Below, in pieces: positions 18,394 to 26,880 of a stretch of 64,000 nt of DNA. The notes beneath the pieces were generated by a model. That model did no database searches. It saw nothing but the letters and a program-made list of their open reading frames with translations, and had not been told where the DNA came from. Source of the DNA: Bdellovibrionia bacterium (GTDB lineage: Bacteria > Bdellovibrionota > Bdellovibrionia > Bdellovibrionales > JAGQZY01); assembly GCA_030427805.1 (NCBI GenBank), contig JAUICP010000008.1, positions 9,075-73,074 on the forward strand, in the 5' to 3' direction. The first letter of the stretch is position 1. Each line of letters opens with the position of its first letter. A program made the translations under genes and the position numbers.

Positions 18394-18487
18394 GGCCAAA
18401 TGGACCAGGGCCTACTCTCAGCTAAGAATTTTTCTCAGCCCAAGGCTCGAACTTGAGTTGGCCAGGGCCTGCTTATATAAGTGATCC

Positions 18488-20839
18488 ATGCGAATTCGAG
18501 TAAAAGATCAGAAATTGAGTATTTCTGTGGGAGAGTTTTCTCAAGCTCCAATAGTTATGGGGCAAGTGGGTGCGAGCCAAAGTCCTCTCTTTATCGAAGA
18601 GGGCCTAGGCGACGAGCATCTTAGAGTTCAAGCTTTACGTGCTGGTGAAGTTGAAAACTACGATACCGAGCGATTCCTCAGTTTACAGATGTCTGTTGCC
18701 TCGTGGAATATTGAAGTCAAAGGGCGGGTCGATGGCTTTTTCATTAACCAAGCCGGTCGCGCCACCATAGAAGAAATAAAAACCAGTTCTGACTATGAAT
18801 CGCTTCTAGAAATATTAGGGAGTCCTTTAGAGCATCCCTACGGGCTTCAGCTCCTGAGCTATTGTTATATTTATCAAAAGAAAATGAATGAGTGGCCAGA
18901 GGCTCAGTTTGTTTTTGCAAAAACTGATTCGTCGAGTGATCATGAAGTTTTCTCCTTAGATTACGAGCCAAAAGCCGTCGAAGAGTTTTTTACGCAAAGG
19001 CTGGAGTATTTGGCGGTCGAAGGGGAGCTTCATAAGGCTCGTTTGGATCGAAGAAAAGAAAATATTAAATCGATTCAATTTCCGTTTTCTGAGTATCGAA
19101 AAAATCAAGAAAGTTTAATTCAATATATAGAAGAGAGTATCAAAGCGAAAAAAGTTTGCTTCTACCAAGCCCCTACAGGACTCGGAAAGACTGCGGCCAG
19201 TCTCTGGGCTCACCTTAAAAACTGCGGTGAAAAAGCGTCTCAACTGGTCTACGTCACACCTAAAAATAGTCAGCAGTTAAATGTGATTGATACGGCTCTT
19301 GAATTTAATATTGAGGGGCTCAAAGTACTTCAACTGAGGGCTCAATCCCGATTTTGTAGTTTGGATGAGTGCTCGAGTCTTTGTCCCCGCAAATCCAATT
19401 ACTATGAATATATATCTGACAAAGAAAACTTAAGAGAGCTCGAAGAAATAGAGGGTCGTGACTCGGCATCCTTAGAGCAGTGGGCGGGCCAAAGAGAGCT
19501 TTGTCCCTACCTGTTGCAGATGGATCTCATAAAATCTTCGGATCTCATAGTAGGTGATTATAACTACATTATATCTGAAACGAATAGCATTGATCGCTTT
19601 CACTTTGGCGAGCCCAGTCAGTCCATGCAACCAAGTCTTGTGGTCGATGAGGCCCACAATATTGTTCAGCGATCATGGGATGAATATTCGGTTTGTTTAG
19701 AGTACTGGGACGATTTAAAGAGAACGTCAGACTCGGGTCTGAATAAAAAAATCCGTAGACTCAAGGATGAGTACAATGATTTTGTGAGCGGGTTTGAGAG
19801 TCAGGCACGCATTTCTGAAGAATTTCGTGAAGAACTTTTTGGATCACTCAGGGAGCTTCTCGAAGGTTTTTACGAGGTTCTTGGCTTCTATACAAATCGC
19901 AATGAGCATTTAGAATCCTATCAGCAAATCGAGACTTTTTACTTTTTGGTCCACGGTTTTTCCCGACTTTTGAGTTATGAGGTCTTGGATTTTGCATTGG
20001 TTAGCAATAAAGGCAGTTTAGATCTTTTGTGCTACGACGCCTCCCAGGTCCTTAAGCAATATTTTTCTCGGTTCAACCATCTCTGCTTTTTTTCGGGCAC
20101 CCTCAAGCCAGTAGATCATCATGCCCGTTTACTCGGTTTCAATGGGGATGAGTATCAGTTCAAGGAATTTGCCTCTCCTTTTCCGAAGGAGAAAAGAAAG
20201 TTGATGTTTATCCCGCAAATATCGACCCGATCGAAGGCCATGGCTGTTTCGAGTGGTAAAGTTGCGGAGTTGATAAATCGAGTCATTCGTCAAAAGAAGG
20301 GCAATTACCTGGCTTTTTTCCCGAGCTATCGATTTTTAAATGAGGTCGCAAGCCTCGTTGAATATGACAATATCATTGAACAAAAACCGGGTTTGTCGAG
20401 TTATGAAGTTAAAGAGATTCTCGACACGCTCGAGACCAGTACGGGTAATTTATTACTCGGTGTGCAGGGTGGGGTGCTCTCGGAAGGCATCGACTACAAG
20501 GGTTCGATGGCGGAAGGAGTCTTTGTCATTGGCCCGGGACTGTCTGCTTACTCCCAAGAAAACCGTTGGCGAAGGGACTATTTTGAGTCGCGCAACCAAA
20601 AGGGTGAGAACACTATTTTTATCTATCCGGCCCTTCGTAGAAGCATCCAGGCCGCGGGGCGAGTCATTCGCTCTGAAGAAGATCGCGCTTTTATTATTTT
20701 AGTCGATGATCGTTTTTTGTTACCCAATTATTCGGAGTGCTTTCCTGAAGACTGGTTTGTTGAGTCGCCTAGAGAGTGCGTGCCGAAAAGCATATTGCGT
20801 GAACTCGATCAGTTCTGGCAGGAATCGGATCATGTATAG
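18488..20839 (+). CDS. XPD/DinG-family Fe-S helicase with an N-terminal RecB-type PD-(D/E)xK nuclease domain
   Basis: Nuclease motifs are RVDGFF ... IEEIKT ... QLLSY (the D, ExK and QxxxY motifs). Walker A is YQAPTGLGKT and the DEAH box is VVDEAHNI. Four Cys residues lie between them (FCSLDECSSLC...LCPY). The C-terminus QAAGRVIRSEEDRAFIILVDDRF matches Helicase_C_2. Confidence 0.85.
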   Translation: MRIRVKDQKLSISVGEFSQAPIVMGQVGASQSPLFIEEGLGDEHLRVQALRAGEVENYDTERFLSLQMSVASWNIEVKGRVDGFFINQAGRATIEEIKTSSDYESLLEILGSPLEHPYGLQLLSYCYIYQKKMNEWPEAQFVFAKTDSSSDHEVFSLDYEPKAVEEFFTQRLEYLAVEGELHKARLDRRKENIKSIQFPFSEYRKNQESLIQYIEESIKAKKVCFYQAPTGLGKTAASLWAHLKNCGEKASQLVYVTPKNSQQLNVIDTALEFNIEGLKVLQLRAQSRFCSLDECSSLCPRKSNYYEYISDKENLRELEEIEGRDSASLEQWAGQRELCPYLLQMDLIKSSDLIVGDYNYIISETNSIDRFHFGEPSQSMQPSLVVDEAHNIVQRSWDEYSVCLEYWDDLKRTSDSGLNKKIRRLKDEYNDFVSGFESQARISEEFREELFGSLRELLEGFYEVLGFYTNRNEHLESYQQIETFYFLVHGFSRLLSYEVLDFALVSNKGSLDLLCYDASQVLKQYFSRFNHLCFFSGTLKPVDHHARLLGFNGDEYQFKEFASPFPKEKRKLMFIPQISTRSKAMAVSSGKVAELINRVIRQKKGNYLAFFPSYRFLNEVASLVEYDNIIEQKPGLSSYEVKEILDTLETSTGNLLLGVQGGVLSEGIDYKGSMAEGVFVIGPGLSAYSQENRWRRDYFESRNQKGENTIFIYPALRRSIQAAGRVIRSEEDRAFIILVDDRFLLPNYSECFPEDWFVESPRECVPKSILRELDQFWQESDHV

Positions 20840-20853
20840 GCCTGGGTCATTCT

Positions 20854-20907
20854 TGATTGCGAGTTTGAGCTCTTCCGCCCTGATTGCGATTTTGAGCTCT
20901 TCCGCCT
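20854..20907. repeat. 27-bp tandem duplication in the helicase / Cho-like intergenic spacer
   Basis: TGATTGCGAGTTTGAGCTCTTCCGCCC is followed directly by TGATTGCGATTTTGAGCTCTTCCGCCT (2 mismatches). Confidence 0.9.
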
Positions 20908-20931
20908 GGGGCCGCGCTAAAAGGAGTGGGT

Positions 20932-22779
20932 ATGTTTAGGCCCATTCATATTTTTGATTTGCAGGCAACTTCTACGTCTCCGGCCTATGGATATATCATT
21001 GAATTTGCCCATGCTTATTACGATCGAGAGCTATCTCAATGGAAGAAGACCGTAGAATTTGTTAAGTTGCCTAAGGACGAGGAATTACCTCGGCACATTC
21101 AAAAAATAACGGGAATCACAGAAGAGGATTTGGCTTGTGGGTGGTCGCAATCGAAGCTCAAATCCTATGTGAAAAACCTAGTCGAGTCGCAGCCTGAGGC
21201 TTTGTATGTCAGTCACTACGCCCAGTTTGAAAAAGCCTTTATTCGGGACCTATTGAGCAAGAAAACTTTTGAATCCATGGAGTGGCTTTGTACACATAAG
21301 TTGTCCAAATTGATATATCCCTTTTTGCCGAGTCACAGTTTAAGAGCCGCTGCTGGCCATGCGGGTTTTTCTTTGGGGGCCTTAAAGAGATCCCATGGCC
21401 AACTCGATGCCAATATTTTTTTATGGCAAAAACTTTATCGAGAAATGAAGGAGCAATTTGCCCTTGAATCTTATGGGGAGCTCGAGGCGTGGATTCCGAA
21501 AAGAAAAAAAGATATTAAGATAATCTATCAAGAGAAGGGGCTCAGTAAGAAGTATTTGAAGATTTCAGATAAGGAGAGATTATCTCTTCCCGATGCCCCT
21601 GGTGTTTATCGGTTTTACAGTGTGGACGGTCGCCTTCTATACATCGGAAAGGCAAAAAGTCTAAAGACGAGAGTAAATAGTTATTTTACAGGCAACCCCA
21701 AGAGGCTTGGTAGGAAGGCGGAGTTGGTTATTCAAATTGCTCGGATTGAATTCGATGTATTGAACACGCCAGTAGAGTCAGCCCTTTACGAGTGCCTGAA
21801 AATCAAGGCCTTTGATCCGCCCTATAATCAGGCGTTGACTCCGAGAAAGCAGAAGCACCTTTATGGATATGATCGAGATCTCAATGCACATCAGGTGGAA
21901 GGAGTCGGGTGCGTGAGTTCGGGCTCCGGAGGTGAGGGTGTCGCGGGAGTTGAGCGCGTGAGTTCGGGGCCTGGAAGTGTGAGAGGTGCGGGAGTTGAGA
22001 GCGTGAGTTCAGGGTCCAGAAGTGCGGGTCGGAATTTACTATTGAGTTTGAAGGCCAGTGAGTTTGAGAGTCTCGATTTTTTACTGAGCTACTACCAGGG
22101 TGCCGGCCTTTCAGAGGAGATTCTTTTTGGTTTTGCTGAGGAGTCGGTCATCGAAGAGGCGATAGAGCTTTTTTATGAAGAGTATCCTCAACTAAAGTCG
22201 GCCGGATCTAAGCGTGACCTACTCGCTTGGTGCTATTCAGTTTTTTTAGATTCGCGCAGCGATTTTGATGAGGACATAGAGGCCATTGAAGATATCGATG
22301 ATGACGAGGATTTGATTGAAGAGATTGAAGAAACTGATTTTGAAAATCCAGAGGACGTAAAGCTAAGTCTCTACAATGTTTGTGCTCATATCGCAAAATC
22401 CCACATGAAAATGAAGTTAATTGGGAGGCTTTTGGATTCCCGCATTCACCTATGTGATGGCAATGAATCGGCTTTGAACTTCGAACTGCAGGATGGGCGA
22501 ATAAAAACTGATTCGAAGGTGGCGTCGGGTTCAGGTTTTTCGCTGGATGCGGAGTTGGAATCAGAGTCGTCGCGAGGTGCGGGGGCGGATTCTGATCTGT
22601 GGGCTGATTTTCAGAAGTTGAGTTCTGCCGATTCATTTGAGTGGTTGCGAGTTTTTTTAACAGAGATTTTTCGTATTCATCGAAGCGAAGCGCCCCATAC
22701 ATGGGTTAAAGTCGAATATCTCACTTCGAATGGTCAGTATCGACCTCTGAATCTCGATTTTTGGTGCCGCTACTTATAG
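20932..22779 (+). CDS. Cho-like nuclease: degenerate DEDD (DnaQ-like) exonuclease domain plus GIY-YIG (UvrC N-terminal-type) domain plus a long divergent C-terminal region
   Basis: The GIY-YIG motif is GVYRFYSVDGRLLYIGKAKSLKTRVNSYF ... ESALYECLKIKAFDPPYNQ. In the exonuclease domain, Exo I reads FDLQAT (Gln where Glu is expected), Exo II reads HYAQFEKAF and Exo III reads HGQLDA. I chose the ATG at 20932, 5-6 nt after AAAAGGAG, over the GTG at 20926. Confidence 0.8.
   Translation: MFRPIHIFDLQATSTSPAYGYIIEFAHAYYDRELSQWKKTVEFVKLPKDEELPRHIQKITGITEEDLACGWSQSKLKSYVKNLVESQPEALYVSHYAQFEKAFIRDLLSKKTFESMEWLCTHKLSKLIYPFLPSHSLRAAAGHAGFSLGALKRSHGQLDANIFLWQKLYREMKEQFALESYGELEAWIPKRKKDIKIIYQEKGLSKKYLKISDKERLSLPDAPGVYRFYSVDGRLLYIGKAKSLKTRVNSYFTGNPKRLGRKAELVIQIARIEFDVLNTPVESALYECLKIKAFDPPYNQALTPRKQKHLYGYDRDLNAHQVEGVGCVSSGSGGEGVAGVERVSSGPGSVRGAGVESVSSGSRSAGRNLLLSLKASEFESLDFLLSYYQGAGLSEEILFGFAEESVIEEAIELFYEEYPQLKSAGSKRDLLAWCYSVFLDSRSDFDEDIEAIEDIDDDEDLIEEIEETDFENPEDVKLSLYNVCAHIAKSHMKMKLIGRLLDSRIHLCDGNESALNFELQDGRIKTDSKVASGSGFSLDAELESESSRGAGADSDLWADFQKLSSADSFEWLRVFLTEIFRIHRSEAPHTWVKVEYLTSNGQYRPLNLDFWCRYL
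21901..22032. repeat. In-frame 45-bp tandem repeat (about 2.9 copies), GC-rich, inside the Cho-like CDS
   Basis: The units encode GVGCVSSGSGGEGVA / GVERVSSGPGSVRGA / GVESVSSGSRSAG. Confidence 0.85.
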
Positions 22780-22858
22780 GTTTATTCCCGTGCATAAAGG
22801 TTTATTTATGCGCAAATAGGTTTATTCCCGTGCATAAAGGTTTATTCCCGTTGCGAAA
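22778..22858. repeat. Four tandem 20-bp units AGGTTTATTCCCGTGCATAA (units 1 and 3 identical, units 2 and 4 variant), able to form hairpins
   Basis: Read directly. The array starts at the stop codon of the Cho-like gene. GCATAAA-GGTTTA-TTTATGC forms a 7-bp stem. TAGGTTT(T/A)TT recurs at about 22901 and 22966. Confidence 0.85.
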
Positions 22859-22991
22859 TTTTTTTAGTTTTTGCCGAGGTCTTGGTTTTCGAAGCGGCGA
22901 TAGGTTTTTTAACAAGCCTTTTCAGTAGGTCATGGTGAAAGGGCTCTTAAACAAGATTTTTAATAGAGGTTTTTTAAGTGCGTCTTGATGA

Positions 22992-23459
22992 TTAGGGATT
23001 CTTAGTCTTTCTAGATTTGTATGGCTTCACGCCCCAGACTTCCGCTTCATTTTGCGAGATATAGTTTCTAGTACTCTCGAAGTCCCGGCCCCAATTCAAT
23101 ACGCGTGTGAAAGGGCTTAACATCCATAGGCCTTTGCCATACTTTCTCGCGAGAATACCTGTGAGTGACCTCGTGAATTTTTTGTAAGACTCCCGATTTT
23201 CAATCCTCATAAGAAGATGAATGTGATCCTTTTGCACACTCAAGTGATAGATTCTTATATGAAACTGAAAGGAGTATTTATTGATATAATACTTAACTTC
23301 GTTTAACTCACTAAAGAGACAGACGGTCTGACTAGATTTGAGTACAAGATGTAGAGCTTTTCTCGTGGCGAGTGGTCGACGGGTTTTTCTTTTTCCGAGA
23401 TTAACTATTCCGCCATGGGATTTTGGAGTTTCGTCTTTGAAGAGTTGTAGCTGTCTCAT
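22992..23459 (-). CDS. IS200/IS605-type HUH (Y1) transposase-like protein, REP-associated tyrosine transposase (RAYT)-like, single copy without IS ends
   Basis: The HUH motif is KDHIHLLMRI and the catalytic-Tyr region is TRNYISQNEAE. The N-terminal block is HGGIVNLGKRKTRRPLATRKALHLVLKS. I chose the start at M52 of the track ORF (ATG 23459), which gives 155 aa, typical for the family. Confidence 0.7.
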   Translation of the reverse strand: MRQLQLFKDETPKSHGGIVNLGKRKTRRPLATRKALHLVLKSSQTVCLFSELNEVKYYINKYSFQFHIRIYHLSVQKDHIHLLMRIENRESYKKFTRSLTGILARKYGKGLWMLSPFTRVLNWGRDFESTRNYISQNEAEVWGVKPYKSRKTKNP

Positions 23460-23901
23460 GGAAATGACTATAACATGGGTTTTTAAAAACTCGTTTTTTG
23501 TCTTTTTCAAAAGTTTGATATCAGCTAGAAAACTCCTGTGAGTCGCGACTAGACTGCCTTCTAGCTTAGCCCCTGCGAGATGTAGTGAGCAACTACTCCC
23601 TCCCTGTCTCAATTTTAATTAATGAATAGAGGACGTTCTCGGGATCAAAAATGACGTCAATTCATTTCTTAAAAGTTTCAGTTTTAGTGAGCTGAAATAT
23701 TTTGGGTGATTCTTGAATATATATAGACGTGGAATCAAAAAAATCAGTCTTTGGGTTTAAAACTGAAGTGGGCCCCATCAAAAAGAACTGGTAGGGCTTT
23801 AAGTAAAAACGTCGCAGCCTCCGGTTAACATTGCAACCCCCGGTTAACATTAATCGCGGGAGAAACTAAGCTTCATTTAATTATTCAAGAAGTGATTGAG
23901 C

Positions 23902-24046
23902 TTCGGTACGCCTCAGTCGTTAGTCTTCGAGACCACGGAGTCGCTCGTTTACTTTCAAGACCAGTGCCTCAGTCGTTAGTCTTCGAGACCACGGAGTTGT
24001 TCGGTGCGCTTTAGTCGGTAACCTCCGAGACCGCAAAGTCGGTCGG
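23902..24046. repeat. About 3 tandem copies of a roughly 56-bp unit (TTCGGTRCGCCTCAGTCGTTAGTCTTCGAGACCACGGAGTCG...)
   Basis: The 32-nt core GCCTCAGTCGTTAGTCTTCGAGACCACGGAGT is identical at 23910-23941 and 23966-23997. A degenerate third copy lies at about 24000-24046. In addition, CCGGTTAACATT occurs twice at 23821-23850. Confidence 0.85.
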
Positions 24047-24074
24047 TAACCCACAAAATCACGGGCGAAGCGAC

Positions 24075-24776
24075 TTATAGCAATTCTTCAATATGGGATT
24101 GAACTTCGGTGCGGGTCAGTTGGTGGCCTTCGGGATCATAGGGATCGGTGATTCGTAAAATTCCCTTACCGTATTGAAATTTCGTCTGCGGGCCACGAAC
24201 AAATTGCACGACCTTGAGATTCGAAGCGAGTGCCTGTCTCACTGCCGGATCTTTACTAATTTCGCGAATAACAGATCCAACATCATTAATTGTAGCCATA
24301 AGTCTTCGGCTGGCATCCCCGCCATCTTTAAAAGCCCGCCAATCTACGGCCATATCGACTTTCTTTTTCAGATCGTGAGTTATGACTTTGATCCAGTCTG
24401 CGAGTTTTTTCTGAATTTCTTTGTGTGTCGGAGGTGGGCTCTTTGGAGCCATAATCGCACCGAATGAAATCAAATGGGCAAATTCAGGAGCGTCCAAGAC
24501 CGTAAAGCCAATGATATTCTTCATCTTTACGTACATCGCTCCATTGAGCTCACCATTTTGCCCCTCTGTTTCGAACAAAAGGGTCGATTCGTCGTCACTG
24601 GAAGTGTAATCCAGGAGCCAACCAGTGGCTGTAACCCCATTTACGAGGGTTAGCTGCAATTTTGGCATGGTGATGCCCTCACCGCGTGTCCATTTTTTAC
24701 GCAATAGATGAAGTTCAGTGAGAACCATATCGATTTCTTTGGCTGGTAATTGCGTTATGGACCGATCTGCTGGCAC
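24075..24776 (-). CDS. Hypothetical cytoplasmic protein
   Basis: This is a long ORF with no recognised family. The start is uncertain: GTG at 24776 or the ATG 16 codons downstream. Confidence 0.4.
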   Translation of the reverse strand: MPADRSITQLPAKEIDMVLTELHLLRKKWTRGEGITMPKLQLTLVNGVTATGWLLDYTSSDDESTLLFETEGQNGELNGAMYVKMKNIIGFTVLDAPEFAHLISFGAIMAPKSPPPTHKEIQKKLADWIKVITHDLKKKVDMAVDWRAFKDGGDASRRLMATINDVGSVIREISKDPAVRQALASNLKVVQFVRGPQTKFQYGKGILRITDPYDPEGHQLTRTEVQSHIEELL

Positions 24777-24973
24777 GAATTAACTCCCGATAAGAATTAA
24801 TTTTTTTGTTATGTTCTAAGAAAGTCAAGATGAGTAAATTTAGATGTTGTGGAACGCAGCAGAAAAATGAAATGTTCTGTCTGATTACTTGCTGAATGTA
24901 AAAAATTTTTCTAGGCTTTTAAGTGGGACGGGCGATGGGCTTTAGGATGAAGTCGAGTGGCAAGGAAGCTGCT

Positions 24974-25561
24974 TCATCGCTCTTTTTTTTCACTCGACAT
25001 ATCTGCGCGATTATCCAATTCAAGCTCAACGTTTTCAAGTTTTTCCACAAATTCAGCTCCTTTTTCTACTGGTAGCTGATTAGAGCCGACTGCGGACTGT
25101 GCTTTGTCTTTAATCATCTTAAAAAATGCTTTCATCTTGGGTTTAGCGCGATTGATAAGCTTCTGGAATCGACCTTCTTTCAGGTCTTTCGATATTTGAT
25201 TCGATTTATTATTAATTTCATTGGCGTAGCGAGAATAGTCCTTAATATCCCTTTCTTCGCCAGTATTACCCTTAAGATTTTTGCCGTATTCAGCAATCGT
25301 CGTGGTCGCTTCAAAGTCCTCAGCCCCTTCTAGGTAGTCATAGCGACCCTTTTTATTGCCGTTTTGATTGTGAACATTTTTAGCACGGTGGTAGCGGCCT
25401 TGAAGTTTCGCCTTAAAACCATCGAGCCCCTTCTTAGTCATTATTTGTGGGGCATACTTTGGTCCAGCCCAAAAGAATAGAGCAGCGCTGAGGCCGCCGA
25501 TCATCATGAAGGTGAATAACATTCTGAATAATCTCATCATTTCTCTTATCGGCTTTGACAA
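24974..25561 (-). CDS. Membrane-anchored hypothetical protein
   Basis: There is a single N-terminal TM segment (LFTFMMIGGLSAALFFWAG) and a charged, Lys-rich remainder. Confidence 0.4.
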   Translation of the reverse strand: MSKPIREMMRLFRMLFTFMMIGGLSAALFFWAGPKYAPQIMTKKGLDGFKAKLQGRYHRAKNVHNQNGNKKGRYDYLEGAEDFEATTTIAEYGKNLKGNTGEERDIKDYSRYANEINNKSNQISKDLKEGRFQKLINRAKPKMKAFFKMIKDKAQSAVGSNQLPVEKGAEFVEKLENVELELDNRADMSSEKKER

Positions 25562-25642
25562 AATAAAGCCTAAAGAATACCTCAGAATATGCTAAATATT
25601 TAGAAATTGTGAGTGTTTAAGAATGCTACAGAAGGGGTGCTC

Positions 25643-26377
25643 GTGAAGATTGTATTAGTGAGGCACGGTCAGAGTGTTTGGAATAAAGAAAACAAGTTTA
25701 CAGGTTGGTATGATGCCCCTCTTAGTGAGCAGGGCTTTGCTGAGGCGAAGTTGGCCGGTGAGATTCTTAAAGAAGAGAATTTTGTTTTTGATCGAATTTA
25801 TACATCAGTTCTAAAACGAGCCATCATCACCGGCGAAGAAATTCTTCGAGTTATGGATCTTTCGTGGATTCCGGTTGAGAAGGCTTGGCAGCTCAATGAG
25901 AGACATTACGGTGCCTTGATGGGGCTCAACAAAAAAGAAACCGTAGAAAAGCATGGAGCCGAACAAGTCCACATTTGGAGACGTTCTTATAGTACCCCTC
26001 CTCCGGCAATGGATATCGATGATCCTCGGCATCCTCGTTTCGAGGACAAATATAAAAATGTTCCTGCAGACTTATTGCCCACTTGTGAATCTCTAAAAGA
26101 CACCGTCAATCGAGTCATTCCCTATTGGGAGTCAACGATTGCTCCAGCGCTCCAGGCTGGCGAGCGAGTCATTCTTTCGGCCCACGGTAATAGTATTCGT
26201 GCTCTTTACAAATATCTTCTTGATATTTCTGAAGATGAAATCTCCGAGGTCAATATTCCAACGGGTCAACCTCTTGTTATTGAACTTGATAAGCAGCTGA
26301 AGGGGACTAAGGATTATTATCTGGGCGATGCTGAGAAAATTCAGGCCCAAATTAATGAAGTAAAAAATCAAACTTAA
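25643..26377 (+). CDS. gpmA: 2,3-bisphosphoglycerate-dependent phosphoglycerate mutase
   Basis: KIVLVRHGQSVWNKENKFTGWYD, ERHYGAL and SAHGNSIRAL are present, with full-length family resemblance. The GTG at 25643 (GAAGGGG upstream) gives the canonical N-terminus. The track ORF starts at 25613. Confidence 0.93.
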   Translation: MKIVLVRHGQSVWNKENKFTGWYDAPLSEQGFAEAKLAGEILKEENFVFDRIYTSVLKRAIITGEEILRVMDLSWIPVEKAWQLNERHYGALMGLNKKETVEKHGAEQVHIWRRSYSTPPPAMDIDDPRHPRFEDKYKNVPADLLPTCESLKDTVNRVIPYWESTIAPALQAGERVILSAHGNSIRALYKYLLDISEDEISEVNIPTGQPLVIELDKQLKGTKDYYLGDAEKIQAQINEVKNQT

Positions 26378-26444
26378 ATTTGGAATCGTGAATCAGTTGA
26401 TTGCTGAAGAGCTTATTGAGATCGCTGAAAAAGAGCTATAAGCG

Positions 26445-26473
26445 AAAAAAAAGGGCTCTATTGAGCCCTTTTC
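26445..26473. terminator. Bidirectional rho-independent terminator between convergent gpmA and the histone-fold gene
   Basis: AAAAAAAAGGGCTC-TATT-GAGCCCTTTTC has an 8-bp GC-rich stem, an A-run upstream and a T-run downstream. Confidence 0.8.
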
Positions 26474-26495
26474 AATTAAGTTTGCTCGAGGCAAA

Positions 26496-26735
26496 TTAAT
26501 TAGACATGAAGTCGTGTGAACGAACTGTTTTACGACCATTGTGATCAGCTCTTTTTACACCTTGCTCGATGAGCCAGTATACCCAGTCATTAAGACCGTC
26601 AAGAGCATCACCAGCTACGTTAACTCCATGAGCTTTTAAAGCTGCTTTTACTTTACTTCCAACAAGAAGCATTTCACCGCTTGTTTTAGTTTTCTTAGTT
26701 GCCTTCTTCTTTGTAGTTTTCTTCTTCTTAGCCAT
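26496..26735 (-). CDS. Bacterial histone-fold protein (Bd0055-like) with a lysine-rich N-terminal tail
   Basis: The core LLVGSKVKAALKAHGVNVAGDALDGLNDWVYWLIEQGVKRADHNGRKTVRSHDF shows the histone-fold pattern, including GRKTV..D. The first 18 residues are MAKKKKTTKKKATKKTKT. A strong TAAGGAG ribosome-binding site lies 7 nt upstream. Confidence 0.7.
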   Translation of the reverse strand: MAKKKKTTKKKATKKTKTSGEMLLVGSKVKAALKAHGVNVAGDALDGLNDWVYWLIEQGVKRADHNGRKTVRSHDFMSN

Positions 26736-26880
26736 AACACTTACTCCTTAAGACAATTTGGCGTTTAACTTCAAAACTGATGAAGATGAGGATAAGAACA
26801 CTGCTACTACTAATCAAAGAAAAAATGCAAAATGGCGCAAAATAGCGAAAAAAAGTGGTTTAACGCGATTTTAAGAAAAC

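Noticed and set aside
22208-22702. A 164-aa minus-strand ORF.
   Set aside because: It is entirely antisense to the Cho-like CDS, has no ribosome-binding site or recognisable motif, and the plus-strand frame is continuous with conserved upstream domains.
23460-23612. A 51-codon N-terminal extension of the RAYT-like ORF in the track.
   Set aside because: The extension has no family resemblance. The internal ATG at 23459 yields the typical roughly 155-aa protein that begins just before the conserved HGG...KRK...RPL block.
24830-24895. A 21-codon Cys-rich micro-ORF (MSKFRCCGTQQKNEMFCLITC) between two minus-strand genes.
   Set aside because: It has no convincing Shine-Dalgarno or terminator. An ORF of this length is expected by chance in AT-rich spacer. 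I noted it only in case peptidomics or conservation says otherwise.
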